A stretch of 32,000 nt of DNA. Source: Oscillospiraceae bacterium. GTDB taxonomy: Bacteria > Bacillota > Clostridia > UMGS1883. The notes under the pieces are model-generated. The model was not told the DNA's origin. It made no database searches and saw nothing but the letters and a program-made list of their open reading frames with translations. Where the stretch lies: assembly GCA_022508735.1 (NCBI GenBank), contig JAFLUQ010000002.1, forward strand, positions 2,045-34,044, written 5' to 3'. Positions 30,271-32,000 of the stretch are shown here, one piece after another; within the stretch, counting starts at the first letter, position 1, and every line of letters starts with the position of its first letter. The position numbers and the translations under genes are program-made.

Positions 30271-31572
30271 ATGGCACTTGGCGGAGGTACATTTGTTACC
30301 CAGAACAAGGTGCTGCCCGGCCCGTACATCAATTTCGTGTCGGCAGCGTCGGCAAGTGCTGCGCTTTCGAAGCGCGGCATTTCCACAATGCCTTTGGCCC
30401 TCGAATGGGGCCCGGAGGGCGAGGTCTTTGAAGTGACCGCCGGAGATTTCCGAAAATACAGCCAGAAGCTTTTCGGCTATCCCTATGCACACGAGAAACT
30501 CAAGGGGCTGAGGGACCTGTTCAGAAACACCCGCACACTCTATGCCTACCGTGTGGGCGGCGGCAATAAGGCAAAGAATACGCTCGCTGAGGCGAAGAAC
30601 AGCGGTACTCGCGGCAATGTGATCACTACTGCAATAAGCGCTAATGTTGACGAACCGGAAAAGTGGGATGTTCGCACTTACTTTGCCGGCGAGCTTGTAG
30701 ACGAGCAGAAGGCTGTGGAAACAGCCGCCGACCTCAAGGAAAACGACTATGTGACCTTTATTTCCGGCGCAGAGCTTGCGGCCGACGCCGGAACACCCCT
30801 CTCCGGCGGCTCCGATGTTGCTCCGACAACCGAAGACTACCGGGCATACCTTGAGATAATAGAGGGCTACAGCTATAACGCTATGGGCGTAGCCGTAGAA
30901 GACGACGCCACAAAGGAGCTGTTTATCGCATTCAACAAGCGTATGCGCGACGAAAGAGGCGTAAAGTTCCAGCTCGTGGTGCACAAACATCCTGCGGACT
31001 ATCTTGGCGTTGTGAACGTCAAAAATGACACCTTGGGCGAAAGTAAATGTGGCCTTGTTTACTGGACAACAGGAGTTGTGGCCGGTACGGAGGCCAACAA
31101 GAGTGCCCAGAACAAGGCGTATGACGGTGAGTTTGACGTAGACGTGAAGCTCACGCAGCCGCAGCTCGAGGCAGCAATTACAAATGGCGAGTTCGTCTTC
31201 CACCGTGTGGGCAGCGATATCCGCGTACTGGCGGATATCAACAGCATGGTGACCGTCAGCGATACTCTGGGTGAGGTGTTCAAGGAAAATCAGACCGTGC
31301 GCGTTATTGACCAGATCGCCAACGATATAGCGGTGCTGTTCAACACCAAGTATCTTGGCGTGGTTCCCAACGACAACGCCGGCCGCATAAGCCTGTGGGG
31401 CGATATAGTGAAGCACCATGAGCAGCTTCAGGATCTCAGGGCTATTGAGGGCTTTGAAGACAGCGACGTCACCGTCGCTCAGGGCGACAGCCGCAAATCC
31501 GTAATCGTTAGCGATGCTATCACGGTCGTGAACGCTATGGATAAGCTGTATATGACTGTTACAGTTCAGTAG
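30271..31572 (+). CDS. Contractile tail sheath protein (XkdK-like)
   Basis: MALGGGTFVTQNKVLPGPYINFVS... matches the sheath N-terminus. 433 aa, followed by the tube gene. Confidence 0.88.
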   Translation: MALGGGTFVTQNKVLPGPYINFVSAASASAALSKRGISTMPLALEWGPEGEVFEVTAGDFRKYSQKLFGYPYAHEKLKGLRDLFRNTRTLYAYRVGGGNKAKNTLAEAKNSGTRGNVITTAISANVDEPEKWDVRTYFAGELVDEQKAVETAADLKENDYVTFISGAELAADAGTPLSGGSDVAPTTEDYRAYLEIIEGYSYNAMGVAVEDDATKELFIAFNKRMRDERGVKFQLVVHKHPADYLGVVNVKNDTLGESKCGLVYWTTGVVAGTEANKSAQNKAYDGEFDVDVKLTQPQLEAAITNGEFVFHRVGSDIRVLADINSMVTVSDTLGEVFKENQTVRVIDQIANDIAVLFNTKYLGVVPNDNAGRISLWGDIVKHHEQLQDLRAIEGFEDSDVTVAQGDSRKSVIVSDAITVVNAMDKLYMTVTVQ

Positions 31573-31590
31573 AGAGGAGAGTGATGAAAA

Positions 31591-32000
31591 GTGGCTAAAA
31601 ATGTAACCATGAATGCCAGGGATACGATTTCCGCGCCTTTGGCGGAGTGCTTCTGCACTATCGGCACCCGGCGCTATAATTTCATGCAGGCCATAAACCT
31701 TGAAGCCAATTTTAAAAAGAATAAGACCAAGGTTCCGGTTCTCGGCAAAACCGGCAAAGGCAACAAGTCCACCGGCTGGGAAGGTGCGGGTAAGGCGAAG
31801 TTTCACTACAATACAAGCATTTTTCGCAAGATGATGCTGGACTATAAGGATACCGGCGAGGACGTGTATTTCGACATTCAGATCACCAACGAGGACCCGA
31901 CCTCCGCAGTAGGGCGGCAGACCATGATTCTCGTAGACTGCAACATCGACGGCGGTATTCTTGCCAAGTTTGATGCTGACGGCAACTATCTGGATGAAGA
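31591..32000 (+). CDS. Tail tube protein (XkdM-like), 3' end beyond the window; not in the ORF track
   Basis: The frame is open to nt 32000. NARDTISAPLAECFCTIG...GKTGKGNKSTGWEGAGKAKFHYNTSIFRKMMLDYKDTGEDVYFDIQITNEDP matches the XkdM pattern. The start is GTG 31591 (after GGAGAG) or ATG 31609. Confidence 0.8.
   Translation, partial: MAKNVTMNARDTISAPLAECFCTIGTRRYNFMQAINLEANFKKNKTKVPVLGKTGKGNKSTGWEGAGKAKFHYNTSIFRKMMLDYKDTGEDVYFDIQITNEDPTSAVGRQTMILVDCNIDGGILAKFDADGNYLDE

Larger units (their letters stand above)
4381..32000. mobile_element. Temperate myovirus-type prophage, left end; continues past the right edge of the window
   Basis: Contiguous modules run in canonical order: recombinase, repressors, cro, recombination/replication, methyltransferases, terminase, portal, capsid, sheath, tube. 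Confidence 0.9.

Noticed and set aside
30091-31806. 571-aa ORF on the minus strand
   Set aside because: It is entirely antisense to the well-supported sheath and tube genes. It has no SD, a low-complexity Ala/Gly/Arg-rich translation typical of shadow ORFs in GC-rich coding DNA, and no recognisable motifs.
1-32000. Search for CRISPR arrays, tRNA/rRNA genes, IS elements and toxin-antitoxin pairs of familiar families
   Set aside because: No regularly spaced direct repeats with unique spacers were seen. No tRNA-like T-arm or acceptor features were noticed, and there is no transposase-like ORF. An eye-scan is not exhaustive for small RNAs.

Overview
The window crosses the left junction of a temperate, contractile-tailed (PBSX/SPP1-like mosaic) prophage in a Gram-positive spore-former, probably a Clostridia-type Firmicute. 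Host DNA spans about nt 1-4380. It holds the 3' part of a large BspA-type LRR surface-protein gene, a short non-coding or relic stretch, and a cotJC-like (Mn-catalase family spore-coat) gene on the minus strand that lacks about its first 25-30 codons. The cotJC homology stops within about 15 bp of the stop codon of a large serine recombinase, so the prophage appears to be inserted inside a sporulation gene. The prophage runs from about 4381 past 32000 in the order below.
- Lysogeny region: recombinase, then an AT-rich orphan membrane/wHTH gene, then two tandem XRE-S24 (CI/LexA-like) repressors.
- Switch: divergent consensus promoters, a Cro-like HTH gene and an RHH gene. An oppositely oriented orphan gene with its own consensus promoter follows.
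- Early genes: small early ORFs, a Xis-type HTH, a Sak4-like ATPase, a PD-(D/E)xK nuclease, YopX and an ASCH-like protein.
- DNA modification and replication: a very large C5-cytosine methyltransferase with about 8-10 tandem TL-type target-recognition units, SSB, an N6-adenine methyltransferase, a radical-SAM protein, a DnaD-like replisome organiser with iteron-like repeats, and a RusA fusion.
- Late genes: a sigma-region-4-like regulator, TerS/TerL, portal, a MuF protein with a long C-terminal extension plus a small partner ORF, a terminator-bracketed micro-ORF, scaffold, capsid, connectors, sheath and tube (3' partial).

No rRNA, tRNA or CRISPR array was seen. All functional calls come from motif recognition by eye; no database search was run.
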